Shown here piece by piece: positions 20,479 to 29,760 of a DNA stretch of 64,000 nucleotides (positions are counted from its first letter, which is position 1; each line of letters begins with the position of its first letter). Both the position numbers and the translations under genes were made by a program. The DNA is from an uncultured Acidobacteriota bacterium (lineage in GTDB: Bacteria > Acidobacteriota > Thermoanaerobaculia > UBA5066). The notes beneath the pieces are model-generated. The model did no database searches. It was given only the letters and a program-made list of their open reading frames with translations, and was not told the DNA's origin. The stretch covers positions 544,001-608,000 of the forward strand of contig CAVZYA010000002.1 in the NCBI GenBank assembly GCA_963779415.1. Direction: 5' to 3'.

Positions 20479-22936
20479 TCAGGCCGGCAGCGCCGTGTCG
20501 GCGTTGTGGACGACGATCGTCCCCGGGCCGCTGCGGATCGCCTCCTCGAGCGCGGCCTCCGCGTCGGCGAGGAGCGCCGCGGCGTCGAAGGCGTCGTCGG
20601 GATAGACGGCGAGACCGGTCGTCAGGGAGAAGCGGATCCCGGCCGGCTCGAGACGGGCGTCCATCTGGGCCTCGAAGTTCTTCTGGATCGCCCGCATCGC
20701 GCGGTGAGCCTGCACTTTCGTCGCCTCGAAGATGAGGATCCAGAAGCGGTCCGCCTGGTCCCTCGCCACGAGGTTGACGGCGCGCGTCGAGCGGACGAGT
20801 CGAGAGGCCACCTTCGGAAGGAGGGCAGCGGCCACCGCGGGCTCGAGGCGCGCCATCGCGTCCGCGAGCCCCTCGAGACGGAGGTGCGCCACGGCCATCG
20901 ACTGGCCGTTTCGCTCGGCTCTCCGGATCTCGGAATCGAGGCGCCGCGCGAGCGACGTCCGGTTACAGAGCCCGGTCTGGCCGTCGCGCTCGGCCTGCTG
21001 CTCGATGAGGTGCATGAGCCGCGCGTTGTGAAGCGCCACGGTGCCGGCGTCCGCGACGAGGTCGAGGCGGTTTCGGAACTCGGGGGTGAAGTCCTCTCCG
21101 CGCCGCGCCGCGACGGAGAGGACGCCGACCGGTTCCTCGTTGTAGAGGAGCGGGACGGCGGCGAGGCGGGCCGCGCCGGGGAAGATGGCGGCCGCGGAGG
21201 GTCCGGAAGCCGTTCGCGCCGTCCGGTCGAGAAGCGCGCCGACCGCGGGATGAGCCGCGTCGTCGGAGGGCACGGAAAAGAGCCCGCCGTCTCCGACATC
21301 GGCCCCCCAGCGTGCCGAGAGGTGAACCGTCCTCGAGTCCGCGTCGGCGTCCCAGAACTGCGCGGCGTCGACGCCGAGAAGAGAGACGGTCTGCTCGCAG
21401 AGCGTCAGCTTGATCCGCGAAAGGTCGAAGGTCGTCGTGAGGGACCGTCCCGCCTCGCGCAGGCGATCGAGAAACCGGTGCGACTCGCGCTCCTGCTGGA
21501 GGAGCCGCGCCGAGGAGACGGCGAGGGAAAGCTCGACGGCAAGGTCCTCGAACGCGCCGAGGAGCGCCGGAGGCAGACCGCGCCCCGGGCCCGCTACGAG
21601 CCCGCAGAGGACCCCGACCGGGGCGCCGCGGTAGGCGATCGGAACGGCGGCGAAGGCGAGCGGCGAGGGAAGGCGCGTGAGGGACGATCCCCGGGGGAGA
21701 AGGGTCGCGAGGACCGGGTCGGCTCCCGAGTCCGCCGAGAAGAGGCGCGACCCTTCCGTGGAGAGGTGCGCGAGGAGGGCGTCCGGGATCTCGATGGCCG
21801 CCTCGCCGACGCCGCCACGGACCGCGACGGCCTGGGCCCCGGGAAGCTCTCCCGAAGAGAGGACCCGGATGGCGCAGAGGTCGAGGTCGAAGCGAGGGCC
21901 CCACTTCCTCCACCGTCCGGCGGACGATGCTGACGACGTCGGAGAGCCCCGAGAGAGCCGCATGGATCCGCGAGACGAGGACGCTTCGCTCGTGGACGAG
22001 GCGCTGAGACTCGAGGAGGCGCGCCTTTTCGAGCGCCCCGGCCGCGAGCTTGGCCAGCTCCTGCGCGAGGCGAAGCTCCTGCGGCGTCAGGATGAACCCG
22101 CCGCGGCGCGACGCGGTGAGAAAGCCGAAGACGGCTTCGCCGGCGTGAAGCGGAAGCGCCATCCTCTTTCGACGGATCGGCATCCCGGCCGGCGACGGCT
22201 CGTCGTCGAAGACCGGCCCGTGCGCCGAGAGGCATCGCAGGAGGATGTCGTCGGCCTCGAGGGGGCGCCGCCCGCCGGTCGGCACGGGAGGGGAGCTGTT
22301 TCCCACCGGTCCCGGGCCCGTCAGCTCTTCGACCTCGCGTGTATCGACCAGGAGGCGATACGCCTGGACGCGGTCGAACTCCAGCTCGCGGGAGATCGAG
22401 GAGACGGTGAGGCGGATGACTTCCTCGGGGTTCAGGGAAGCGAACGCACCCGAGGCGAGCTCGAAGAGGGCGACGGCCTCCTCGCGGCGCTTCATGAGCG
22501 TGGAGAGAGTCCGGTCACGCTCGAGGACATGCCCCACCGTCCGTGCGAAGAGGCGGACGGCCTCGTCCACGTCCTCGGTCTGGGCCGCGGAAGGAAGGGC
22601 GACTCCGAACGACGCCTGCGTCTGCTCCTTCAGCTTCACGGGAGCCGCGACATAGGTGAAGCCGCTGTCGACCGCCCGCCGGGCGCGTCCCTGTGCGAGG
22701 ACCTCCTCGAGGTGCTGCGAGAGCCTCCCTTCGGCGGCGGGCGCCGCGGGAGAGCGGCCGGAGCGGAATACCGGCGGCACGCCCTGTCCGGGGAGAAGCG
22801 CCACGACCGGGGCGTCGAAAAAGTGGAGCGCGGCGCCGAGGATCCCGTTAAGGGCCTCGTCGAGAAGGAGTCCTTCCTTCAGCGCCCCCTCGAACGCCTT
22901 GAGGAGGGCCAGTTCGGTCGTGCGGTCGGCTGCCAT
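20479..22936 (-). CDS. Multi-GAF protein with degenerate GGDEF domain; +1 frameshift ~21900
   Basis: Repeated GAF signatures (MALPLHAG..FGFL, AVPIAYRG..VGVL, AVPLLYNE..VGVL); DGQTGLCNR; A-site reads RDQADRF; TGLAVYP...ADAEAAL. Confidence 0.8.
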
Positions 22937-22988
22937 CAGCGGGCTCGGGCGGCGATTCTACTTCGTCGCCGCCTCTTACCCGCGACGC

Positions 22989-23457
22989 TCAACTGGAAGT
23001 CCTCTTCTCGCGGGAGGCGAAGACGACCTCGGCGGCGAGCGCCAGCACCCCGAGGTCGCGCAGGATGTCCCGTCGCATGTCGGAGAGCCGCTCGGCCACG
23101 CTCCGCCCCACGGCCGTCACGTCGAAGCAGCCGCAGTCGATCGCATTCTTCCGTGTAGAGATTGAATGAGATCGCGGCGATGAAGACGACGAGGAGAAGG
23201 CCGACCAGGGCGGCGGAGCTCCGCGTCCAGAGGCCGAGGAGGAGCGCGACGCCTGCGAGGAGCTCGAGCCAGGGGAGGACGAGCGCGAAAAGGTTCACCA
23301 TCCCGCCGGGGAGGATCCGGTAGTTGTAGATCATGTGGGCGAAGGAGGGGGGGTCGGCGAGCTTCGGAAGGGCCGAGACGACGAAGACGATGCCGAGGGC
23401 GATCTGGGCACGCGAGACCAGCCACTCGCTCCCGAGCGCCGCGCGGAGGCGGGTCAC
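22989..23457 (-). CDS. MauE/DoxX family redox-associated membrane protein; +1 frameshift ~23150
   Basis: KLADPPSFAHMIYNYRILP, LPWLEL; after the shift KNAIDCGCFDV...ILRDL (CGC motif); GTGA overlap with the rhodanese gene. Confidence 0.82.
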
Positions 23458-24278
23458 CGGGTCGCTCCGCGGCGGACGGCGCCGCCGCGCTTCACCCAGT
23501 CCGGGAAACCGTCCCGATAGACGAGTAGGTCGTTGAACCCCGCTCCCCAGAGCTTCTGGGCGAGAAGGTGCGAGTCCTCGCAGTCTCCCCCCGAGCAGTA
23601 GATGACGAGCGGCTTTGCTCCGTCCTGCTCGCCGATCAGCGCCATCACCTTTTCGTCGACGTCGGACTCCCATACGGAGACGGGGCGGGCGCCGGCGACA
23701 TGCCCCTCCTCGAAGAGCGAGGTCCGCCGGGCGTCGAGAAACGGCACCCCGGCGGCGTGAAGCCGCGCCGCATCCTCGCCCGAGATCTCCACCCAGGGCT
23801 TGTCGGGGTGCGGGGGAAAGCGGGCGAGAAGATCGCGGTCCGCGGCCGGCGCCGCCGGAGATGAAGACGAGGAGACCGGGATTTTCTTAGAAGGTGAGAG
23901 ACCGGCGGTTGTGGCGCCAGTGCCTCGCGGCACGGTCGGAGCGGTTGCCAGCTCTCCTTTTACCTTCGAAGAAAGATCCTTTGCGGTTTGCTGCGCTGTA
24001 GCCGGCGACGACTCCGGCGAACCGGCCTGTGCCGCGAGCGGCGACGACCCCGGCGATACGACCTGTCCCGCAGCCGGCGACGACTCCGGCGAAACGGCCT
24101 GCTCGGGAGCAGAAGGATCTCCGGCGGACGTCGCTTTCGTCACCGTCGTCGCGTCCGGGTAATCGCCCGGGAGCTTCAGCTTCCGCTCGCGCGAGGCGAG
24201 CGAGTTCGAGACGAGGGCGACGGCGACCGCGACGAGAAGGATCGTGGCGGTCTCGAGAAGGTGGCGCCGGAGGTTCAT
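23454..24278 (-). CDS. Membrane-anchored rhodanese-like domain protein
   Basis: N-terminal TM, low-complexity linker, FLDARR...GHVAGA, VIYCSGGDC, YRDGFPDW. Confidence 0.85.
   Translation of the reverse strand: MNLRRHLLETATILLVAVAVALVSNSLASRERKLKLPGDYPDATTVTKATSAGDPSAPEQAVSPESSPAAGQVVSPGSSPLAAQAGSPESSPATAQQTAKDLSSKVKGELATAPTVPRGTGATTAGLSPSKKIPVSSSSSPAAPAADRDLLARFPPHPDKPWVEISGEDAARLHAAGVPFLDARRTSLFEEGHVAGARPVSVWESDVDEKVMALIGEQDGAKPLVIYCSGGDCEDSHLLAQKLWGAGFNDLLVYRDGFPDWVKRGGAVRRGATR
24001..24092. repeat. Three in-frame direct repeats with 36-nt period (SP[EG]SSP) in the rhodanese linker
   Basis: GCCGGCGACGACTCCGGCGA at 24001 and 24073; variant at ~24038. Confidence 0.7.
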
Positions 24279-24364
24279 CCTGTCTCCCGCCACGGCGACA
24301 CGAGCGCCCGCGGCGACGGGATTCTAAGCAAGGGCAGGGCCGCGTGCCTGGTCCGGGGGCGGCT

Positions 24365-24778
24365 TCAGCCGCAGGCCGCGCAGAGGCCGTGAAGCGTGAC
24401 GGCGTAGCTCTCCACGCTCTGCCCGCCGGGGAGGCGCCGCTTCGGCAGGGGAGGGAGGGCGTCCCAGGGGACGTCGGCGACGTCGCCGCAGGACGTGCAG
24501 ACGAAGTGGTGGTGTCGGCCCGTGTTCGCGTCGTACCGGACGACGGCGTCGTCGAAGACGAGCTCGCGGACGAGCCCGGCGTTCTTGAGAGAGTGAAGAA
24601 CGTTATAGACCGAGGCGCGGGCGGCGGTCGGGACGAGACGGTTGACCGCAGAGCCCACCTCTTCTGCGGTCGGGTGGTGGTCCGAGTCCGCGAGGCAGGC
24701 GAGAACCGCGACCCGGGGCTGCGTCACCCGCAACCCCTTCTCCTTGAGACGTTCCTCGGCCCAGCTCCGCCCGGTCAT
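24365..24778 (-). CDS. Fur family transcriptional regulator (PerR/FurA-like)
   Basis: GLRVTQPR, HPTAEEV, ASVYNVL, RYDAN..HHHFVCTSCG, C-terminal CAAC. Confidence 0.92.
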   Translation of the reverse strand: MTGRSWAEERLKEKGLRVTQPRVAVLACLADSDHHPTAEEVGSAVNRLVPTAARASVYNVLHSLKNAGLVRELVFDDAVVRYDANTGRHHHFVCTSCGDVADVPWDALPPLPKRRLPGGQSVESYAVTLHGLCAACG

Positions 24779-24781
24779 CGC

Positions 24782-24804
24782 CTCATTAGATTAAGTCCAA
24801 TGAG
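24782..24804. promoter_or_regulatory. Putative Fur/PerR-type operator (11-1-11 inverted repeat)
   Basis: CTCATTAGATT-A-AGTCCAATGAG (9/11 symmetric), AT-rich island 3 nt upstream of the regulator start codon. Confidence 0.65.
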
Positions 24805-24827
24805 CCCGGAGAGCAAATCGGGCGGCG

Positions 24828-25538
24828 CTACTTCGGGTTCCGGATCTCTTTGGCGTCCGTGATGAACGCCCGGCCGAAACGGGTCCATCGAGGGCCCTTG
24901 AAGAAGTCCTGGTGCCAGCTCCACATCACGCCAACGGCACGGCCGAGGAGGTCCGTCATCGGACGCGTTCCGAAGAACCGGGCGTCACGGCTTTCGTCGC
25001 GATTGTCCCCCATGACGAAGACCTCCCCTTCCGGGACCGTGATCGGACCGAAATTCCGGAAGGCGGGCCGGTCCGGCAGGATCCGGACGGGATGTGTGCG
25101 TCCGAGCAGGTTCTCGGTCCCGAGGAGGATCGTCTCGCCGTCGTCGGCATGGATCCCGGGGAGGAGGGAGATCGGCATCGCCTTTCCGTTGACGGTGAGG
25201 ATCTCGTTCTTCAGCTCGATGACGTCCCCGGGGAGTCCGATGAGCCTCTTGACGAAGGGGATGGTCCCGCCGTCGGGATTCCGGACGACGACGACGTCGC
25301 CCCGCTCCGGCTTTCCGGTGGAAAAGAGCCTGATCTTCGAGAACGGGATCCGGATCTGATAGGCCGATTTCCAGACGAAGACGCGGTCCCCTTCGAGGAT
25401 TGTCGGCTTCATCGAACCTGTCGGAACGACATACCAGTCGGCAAGGACGGAGCGGCCCGTCAGGATGACGGCGGCCATGATGACGAGGTGGCGAACGTCC
25501 CGGAGCAGCGCCGCGCGCTTTTCTGCAGAAAAAGCCAT
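24828..25538 (-). CDS. lepB: Signal peptidase I
   Basis: VPTGSMKPT, GDVVV, FVKRLIGLPGD, VFVMGDNRDESRDAR. Confidence 0.93.
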   Translation of the reverse strand: MAFSAEKRAALLRDVRHLVIMAAVILTGRSVLADWYVVPTGSMKPTILEGDRVFVWKSAYQIRIPFSKIRLFSTGKPERGDVVVVRNPDGGTIPFVKRLIGLPGDVIELKNEILTVNGKAMPISLLPGIHADDGETILLGTENLLGRTHPVRILPDRPAFRNFGPITVPEGEVFVMGDNRDESRDARFFGTRPMTDLLGRAVGVMWSWHQDFFKGPRWTRFGRAFITDAKEIRNPK

Positions 25539-25586
25539 GTTGCGAGGATCTTCGCACGTTCCGTGCCGGGCGGTATCCTTCCCCGC

Positions 25587-26009
25587 GTGGCGAAGAAGAG
25601 ACCCTCCTACACGCCGGCTCATGCCGCCTCCGGCGTCAAGGCATCGCTTCCTTCCCTCGAGATCTGGCCGTCGCAGTATCCCGAGGACTACGAAGTCGTC
25701 ATCACAGTCCCCGAGTTCACGTCGATCTGCCCGAAGACCGGACTTCCCGACTTCGCCACGCTCACGGTGACGTACGTTCCCGAGCGGGCATGCGTGGAGC
25801 TGAAGTCGCTCAAGGAATATCTCCTCGGCTACCGCGGGCTCGGCATCTTCAACGAAAACGCAGTGAACCGCATTCTCGTGGATCTCGTCGCTGCCGTCCG
25901 TCCGCGGCGCATGACCGTCCGCGGGGTCTTCACGCCGCGCGGAGGGATCCAGACGACGGTCGAAGCGCGCTGGCCGCGGGCGCGCCGCGCGTCGCGACGC
26001 CACACTTGA
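25587..26009 (+). CDS. queF: NADPH-dependent preQ0 reductase (preQ1 synthase)
   Basis: PEFTSICPKTGLPDFA, VELKSLKEY, FTPRGGI. Confidence 0.95.
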   Translation: MAKKRPSYTPAHAASGVKASLPSLEIWPSQYPEDYEVVITVPEFTSICPKTGLPDFATLTVTYVPERACVELKSLKEYLLGYRGLGIFNENAVNRILVDLVAAVRPRRMTVRGVFTPRGGIQTTVEARWPRARRASRRHT

Positions 26010-26034
26010 CAGCCTCCCAATCGGGCCCCATCTT
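26006..26034 (+). promoter_or_regulatory. sigma70-type promoter TTGACA-N17-CATCTT
   Basis: Perfect -35 overlapping the queF stop codon, 17-nt spacer, -10 with conserved A2 and T6. Confidence 0.65.
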
Positions 26035-26040
26035 GGGAGT

Positions 26041-26272
26041 GCCTCGACGCCACGGACAACGGACCCGAGTACGAGTTCCCGAAACCGTCACCTACGGGCC
26101 CGCAGCCTCGTTGCGGGAGGCGAGCAGGGGCCGGATCGGAGCCCGGGTCTCCCGACCGGGAGAGTGCCTCGGCAGCGACCGGCTTGAAAGGGGACCGCGG
26201 ATGCGGTCTCGTGACGGGCGGCAAAGGTACCGCCCGTAACCGGGTCCCGGCCCAGGAGGGCCGGGACCTTTT
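26041..26272 (+). ncRNA. Putative structured small RNA (6S-like rod fold; identity unconfirmed)
   Basis: Lies between a promoter and an intrinsic terminator; no credible ORF; nested long-range pairings 26061-67/26241-47, 26085-91/26211-17, 26096-107/26199-210, 26130-34/26179-83, 26148-54/26157-63. Confidence 0.55.
26243..26272 (+). terminator. Rho-independent terminator
   Basis: GGTCCCGGCCC-AGGA-GGGCCGGGACC followed by TTTT. Confidence 0.8.
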
Positions 26273-26282
26273 GAGTTCCGGG

Positions 26283-27245
26283 CTACTTCTTCGGCGCCCG
26301 GGCGTCGGCCTTCGTGGTCTTGGCAGGCGGGAACTTCCCGTCGGGCGTCATTCTTCGGTAGAGGGCGAGGCCGTTGATCGCGTCGAGTTCCTGGGGACAG
26401 TAGTCGCCGATCTTCTTCGCGAAGAGTTCGCCCGAGACCCGGGCCTCCGCCGCCCCTTTCGCCTTCATCTCCTTCAGGATCTCGAGCATCCGGTTCAGGT
26501 AGTCGCGTGTCAGCTTGATCTCCGTGACGGGCGTCTGGCTGAACGGACCACGGGTCGCGATGAGCACCTGCGGGTGGAGCGCTTCGATCCTGTCTAGCGC
26601 CGCGAGCCATCCCTTCGGATCGGTCCCGCCGTCGGACGTCATCGGGCAGCGCGTCGGCGTGACGAGGTCCCCCACGTAGACGGTTCCCGATGCGGGTTGA
26701 TAAACCCAGAGATCAAGCTCCGTATGCGCGGGCGCCGTGGTCGCGTGGATCTCCAGCGTCTGCGTCTTCGCGATCAGGACGACGGTGTCCGCGACCGCGA
26801 TGACCGTGGGCGTCTTCCCCTTCTCTCCCTGGACGAGTCCTCGGATATTCTCCACCGCCCGCCGGTTCACGAAGAGGGTCGCGTCGGTCGGGAGCATCGC
26901 GGCGAAGCCGTTGTTCGAGTCGGGATGAAGGTGTGTCATGACGACCCACTTGACGCTCTTTCCGGGTACGGTCCGACTCACTTCCGAAAGGAGATTCTTC
27001 GCATCCGCGGGCGTCGCTCCCGTGTCGAGGAGGAGGACGCCGTCGCCGAGGTCGAACCATGCGCAGTTCGTGCCGCCGAAGCGGCCGGCCCACGAATGGG
27101 CGTCGGTCTGGGCCGTCTCGAACGGAGCGAGCCCGGCGGGAGCCGGAGGAGGCGCCGGAGCGCCGGGGGCCTGCGCGGGGGCGGCGGGCGCGAAGGCGAG
27201 CGCCGCGAGCACGGCCAGAAAGGTCATCGCGAGGGATCGCTTCAT
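26283..27245 (-). CDS. Secreted MBL-fold protein (degenerate metal motif)
   Basis: Signal peptide; LLDTG, THLHPDSN, AHT..D, VGDL. Confidence 0.8.
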   Translation of the reverse strand: MKRSLAMTFLAVLAALAFAPAAPAQAPGAPAPPPAPAGLAPFETAQTDAHSWAGRFGGTNCAWFDLGDGVLLLDTGATPADAKNLLSEVSRTVPGKSVKWVVMTHLHPDSNNGFAAMLPTDATLFVNRRAVENIRGLVQGEKGKTPTVIAVADTVVLIAKTQTLEIHATTAPAHTELDLWVYQPASGTVYVGDLVTPTRCPMTSDGGTDPKGWLAALDRIEALHPQVLIATRGPFSQTPVTEIKLTRDYLNRMLEILKEMKAKGAAEARVSGELFAKKIGDYCPQELDAINGLALYRRMTPDGKFPPAKTTKADARAPKK

Positions 27246-28744
27246 GTGGTCTCCTGTTCATCTTCGCGGTCGGCTCCGGGCGCGGGGAGGCGCCGAAGGA
27301 GTTCACCGCTTTGGAAGAGTTCGATCTGGGCCTCGACCTCGCGGGCGAGGGCCGCCTTGAGACGCGGGATTCTCTCGGCACCGAGAAGCCTCTTGGCGGC
27401 GTCGAGGGCGGGAAGGGAGCGCTCCGCGTAGTCGCCGGCCCGCGCGAGGGCGGCGGGAAGGCTCGGCCCGTCCTCGACGAGAAAGTCGACGAGACCGACC
27501 TCGCGGGCCCGTTCGGCGCCGATCCGCGAGGCGGCGAAAACGGCGTCGGCGGCCGCGCCGTGCCCGAGACGGAGCGGAAGGTGGAACGTCGCGCCCCACG
27601 CGGGAATGAGCCCGACGGCCGTGTACGAGGGAAGGAAGAAGGCCTCATGCCCGGCCATCGACGAAGCGACCCGGACGTCCGCCGCGAGCGCGAGGCTCAT
27701 CCCGCCGCCGGCCGCCGCGCCGTCGAGGGCTGCGAGGACCGGCCGCGGCGCCTCGGCCATCGCGACGACGGCTCTTCCCCCCGCCTCGACGAGCTCACGG
27801 AAACCATCGGCGTCTCCGGAAGCCGCGAGAGCCCGCATCACCTCGAGATCGCCGCCGGCGGAGAAGGCGTTTCCGGCCCCGGTCACGACGATCGCCGGGA
27901 CGGTCGGATCGCGCCCGAGCGCCTCGAGCGTTCCGGCGAGCATCTCGGCCATCGCCGTCCCGAGAGCGTTTCTCGCGCCGGGCCGGTTCAGCCGGACGAT
28001 CGGGATGGACCCCTCGAGGAGGACCTCCACCGGGGCCGCCTCGCGCCGTCCCGAGGCGGCCGCGCGTGAGCGGCAGGCCTCCAGAAAGGCGCGAAAGAGC
28101 TTCTTGTCCGAGGGACGCGCGACGACATCCTCGGGATGCCACTGCACGGCGCCGCAGAAGACGTCGCCCGGACGCTCGAACGCCTCGACGAGATCATCGG
28201 GCGAGGCCGCGAGCGGGACGAGACCCGGCGCGAGGTCCTTGACGGCCTGATGGTGGCGCGAATTGACCGCGGCCGAGGCGGCGACGGCTCGGGCGAACGC
28301 GGAGCCCGCGGACGCGCCCGGCGCGGCGCGGAGCGGATGCTCCGGCGCGGCCACCTCTTCGTTCTCGGAGCCATGGACGACGCCGCGAGGACGCTCGGAG
28401 GGGAGGTCCTGCCAGAGAGTCCCGCCGAGGGCGACGTTCAGGACCTGGATCCCGCGGCAAATTCCGAAGACGGGCGTCCGCCGTTCGAACGCCCGGGCGA
28501 GCAGCCGGAAGTCGAACGAGTCGCGTTCCGGGCGGACCTCGAGGTTCGGCGCGGAAACGGTCTCTCCGTAGCGCGACGGCTCGACGTCCGGTCCCCCCGC
28601 GAGGAGGAGCCCGTCGAAGTCCTCGGGAATCCTCTCGCCCGGCACGCAGACGACGATCTCTTCCGGGAGCGCCCCCGCACAGAGAAGGGCGCCGCGGTAC
28701 CGCTCGTTCGGCTGTTTCCGGTCGGTGGCGACGAGGATCTTCAT
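27242..28744 (-). CDS. Fusion: peptidase C26/PuuD-like glutamine amidotransferase + enoyl-CoA hydratase/isomerase-like domain
   Basis: LLAGGPDV, GICRGIQVLNV, NSRHHQAV, AVQWHPE; then RLNRPGARNAL, AFSAGGDL, GAAAGGG, all in one open frame. Confidence 0.82.
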   Translation of the reverse strand: MKILVATDRKQPNERYRGALLCAGALPEEIVVCVPGERIPEDFDGLLLAGGPDVEPSRYGETVSAPNLEVRPERDSFDFRLLARAFERRTPVFGICRGIQVLNVALGGTLWQDLPSERPRGVVHGSENEEVAAPEHPLRAAPGASAGSAFARAVAASAAVNSRHHQAVKDLAPGLVPLAASPDDLVEAFERPGDVFCGAVQWHPEDVVARPSDKKLFRAFLEACRSRAAASGRREAAPVEVLLEGSIPIVRLNRPGARNALGTAMAEMLAGTLEALGRDPTVPAIVVTGAGNAFSAGGDLEVMRALAASGDADGFRELVEAGGRAVVAMAEAPRPVLAALDGAAAGGGMSLALAADVRVASSMAGHEAFFLPSYTAVGLIPAWGATFHLPLRLGHGAAADAVFAASRIGAERAREVGLVDFLVEDGPSLPAALARAGDYAERSLPALDAAKRLLGAERIPRLKAALAREVEAQIELFQSGELLRRLPAPGADREDEQETT

Positions 28745-28815
28745 GGCGCGGGTGGCCCGGCGTCAGCAACACCCGTGCCGGAGAGGCCGGGCGCCGCACG
28801 AGGCGGGAGGGCGGA

Positions 28816-29760
28816 TTATAGGGAGGAAGGGCTCTCCGCCTCCCAGAAGCGGGTGAAGAGGTACCACTGCTCGGGGTTCTCGCGGATGACGCCCGCGAGG
28901 AGAGCCACCCACCGCTCCATCGCCCTGGAGAGTTCCCCTTCGTCCGGCTCGTTCCTCGAGCCGGGGGCGAGGCTGAGACGGATCGGCGTCTCGACGACGG
29001 TCCGATAGCGTCCGTCGGGCTCCATCAGGACGAAAACGGGAAAGATCGGTACGTCTGCGATGGCCGCAAGCCGGAAGGGGCCGACAGGAAACGAGGCCAC
29101 CCGGCCGAAGAAGGAGAGCGCCCGTCCGGTCCCCGAGACGTCCCGGTCTCCCTGCATGGCCACGAAGTGCCCCTCGCGGAGCGCGCGGAGAAGAGGGACG
29201 AACGCGAAAGGGGACGACGTGACGGGGATTCCCTCCACGCCGATACGCGATCGCGCCTCGGCGCGATGCCGCTCGATGACGGGGGAGGGATCGGGGACGT
29301 ACGCGACCGCCGCCGACGCGCCGAAGTCGCGAAGGAAGAGCCCCCCGAGTTCGTAATTGCCGACGTGGGCCGTCAGGAGAATCGCCCCCGTCCCCAGCCG
29401 CGCTGCCTCGACAAGCCTCTCGTGACCAGCGCGGGAGGCGACGAGGGCGTGCGGGTCGACGTCGCTCCGGGAGGTGTACCGGAGAAGGTCGATCCAGAGA
29501 CGCGAGTGGCTGGAGACCATCGCCCTCCCGGTCTCCTCGACGCGGCGGTCGGCCGGCGGGAGGTCGAGGACCGCCGCGACGTTCTCCACGATCGCGTCGT
29601 GGACGCTCTCGCGCTCCCAGATCGCCCGTTCCGCGGTCGCCTCCGCAAGGCGCGCCACCCAGACCACCGGCAGGGTCCGCGCCATCCACCGGAAGAACGA
29701 GAACCAGAGCCCGAACGTCAGGTGCGAAAGCCGCGAGACGATGGTGGGGCTCTCGGGCAC
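28816..29760 (-). CDS. Lysophospholipid acyltransferase family (LpxL/HtrB-like)
   Basis: LLTAHVGNYE, MQGDRD, FFG, IRENPEQWY. Confidence 0.85.
   Translation of the reverse strand: MPESPTIVSRLSHLTFGLWFSFFRWMARTLPVVWVARLAEATAERAIWERESVHDAIVENVAAVLDLPPADRRVEETGRAMVSSHSRLWIDLLRYTSRSDVDPHALVASRAGHERLVEAARLGTGAILLTAHVGNYELGGLFLRDFGASAAVAYVPDPSPVIERHRAEARSRIGVEGIPVTSSPFAFVPLLRALREGHFVAMQGDRDVSGTGRALSFFGRVASFPVGPFRLAAIADVPIFPVFVLMEPDGRYRTVVETPIRLSLAPGSRNEPDEGELSRAMERWVALLAGVIRENPEQWYLFTRFWEAESPSSL

Noticed and set aside
24001-24092. Possible mini CRISPR array
   Set aside because: Repeats of 20 nt with 16-nt spacers, in frame within a CDS, and no cas genes.
25540-26272. PreQ1 or other riboswitch associated with queF
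   Set aside because: queF appears leaderless; the structured region is downstream and is followed by a convergent gene.
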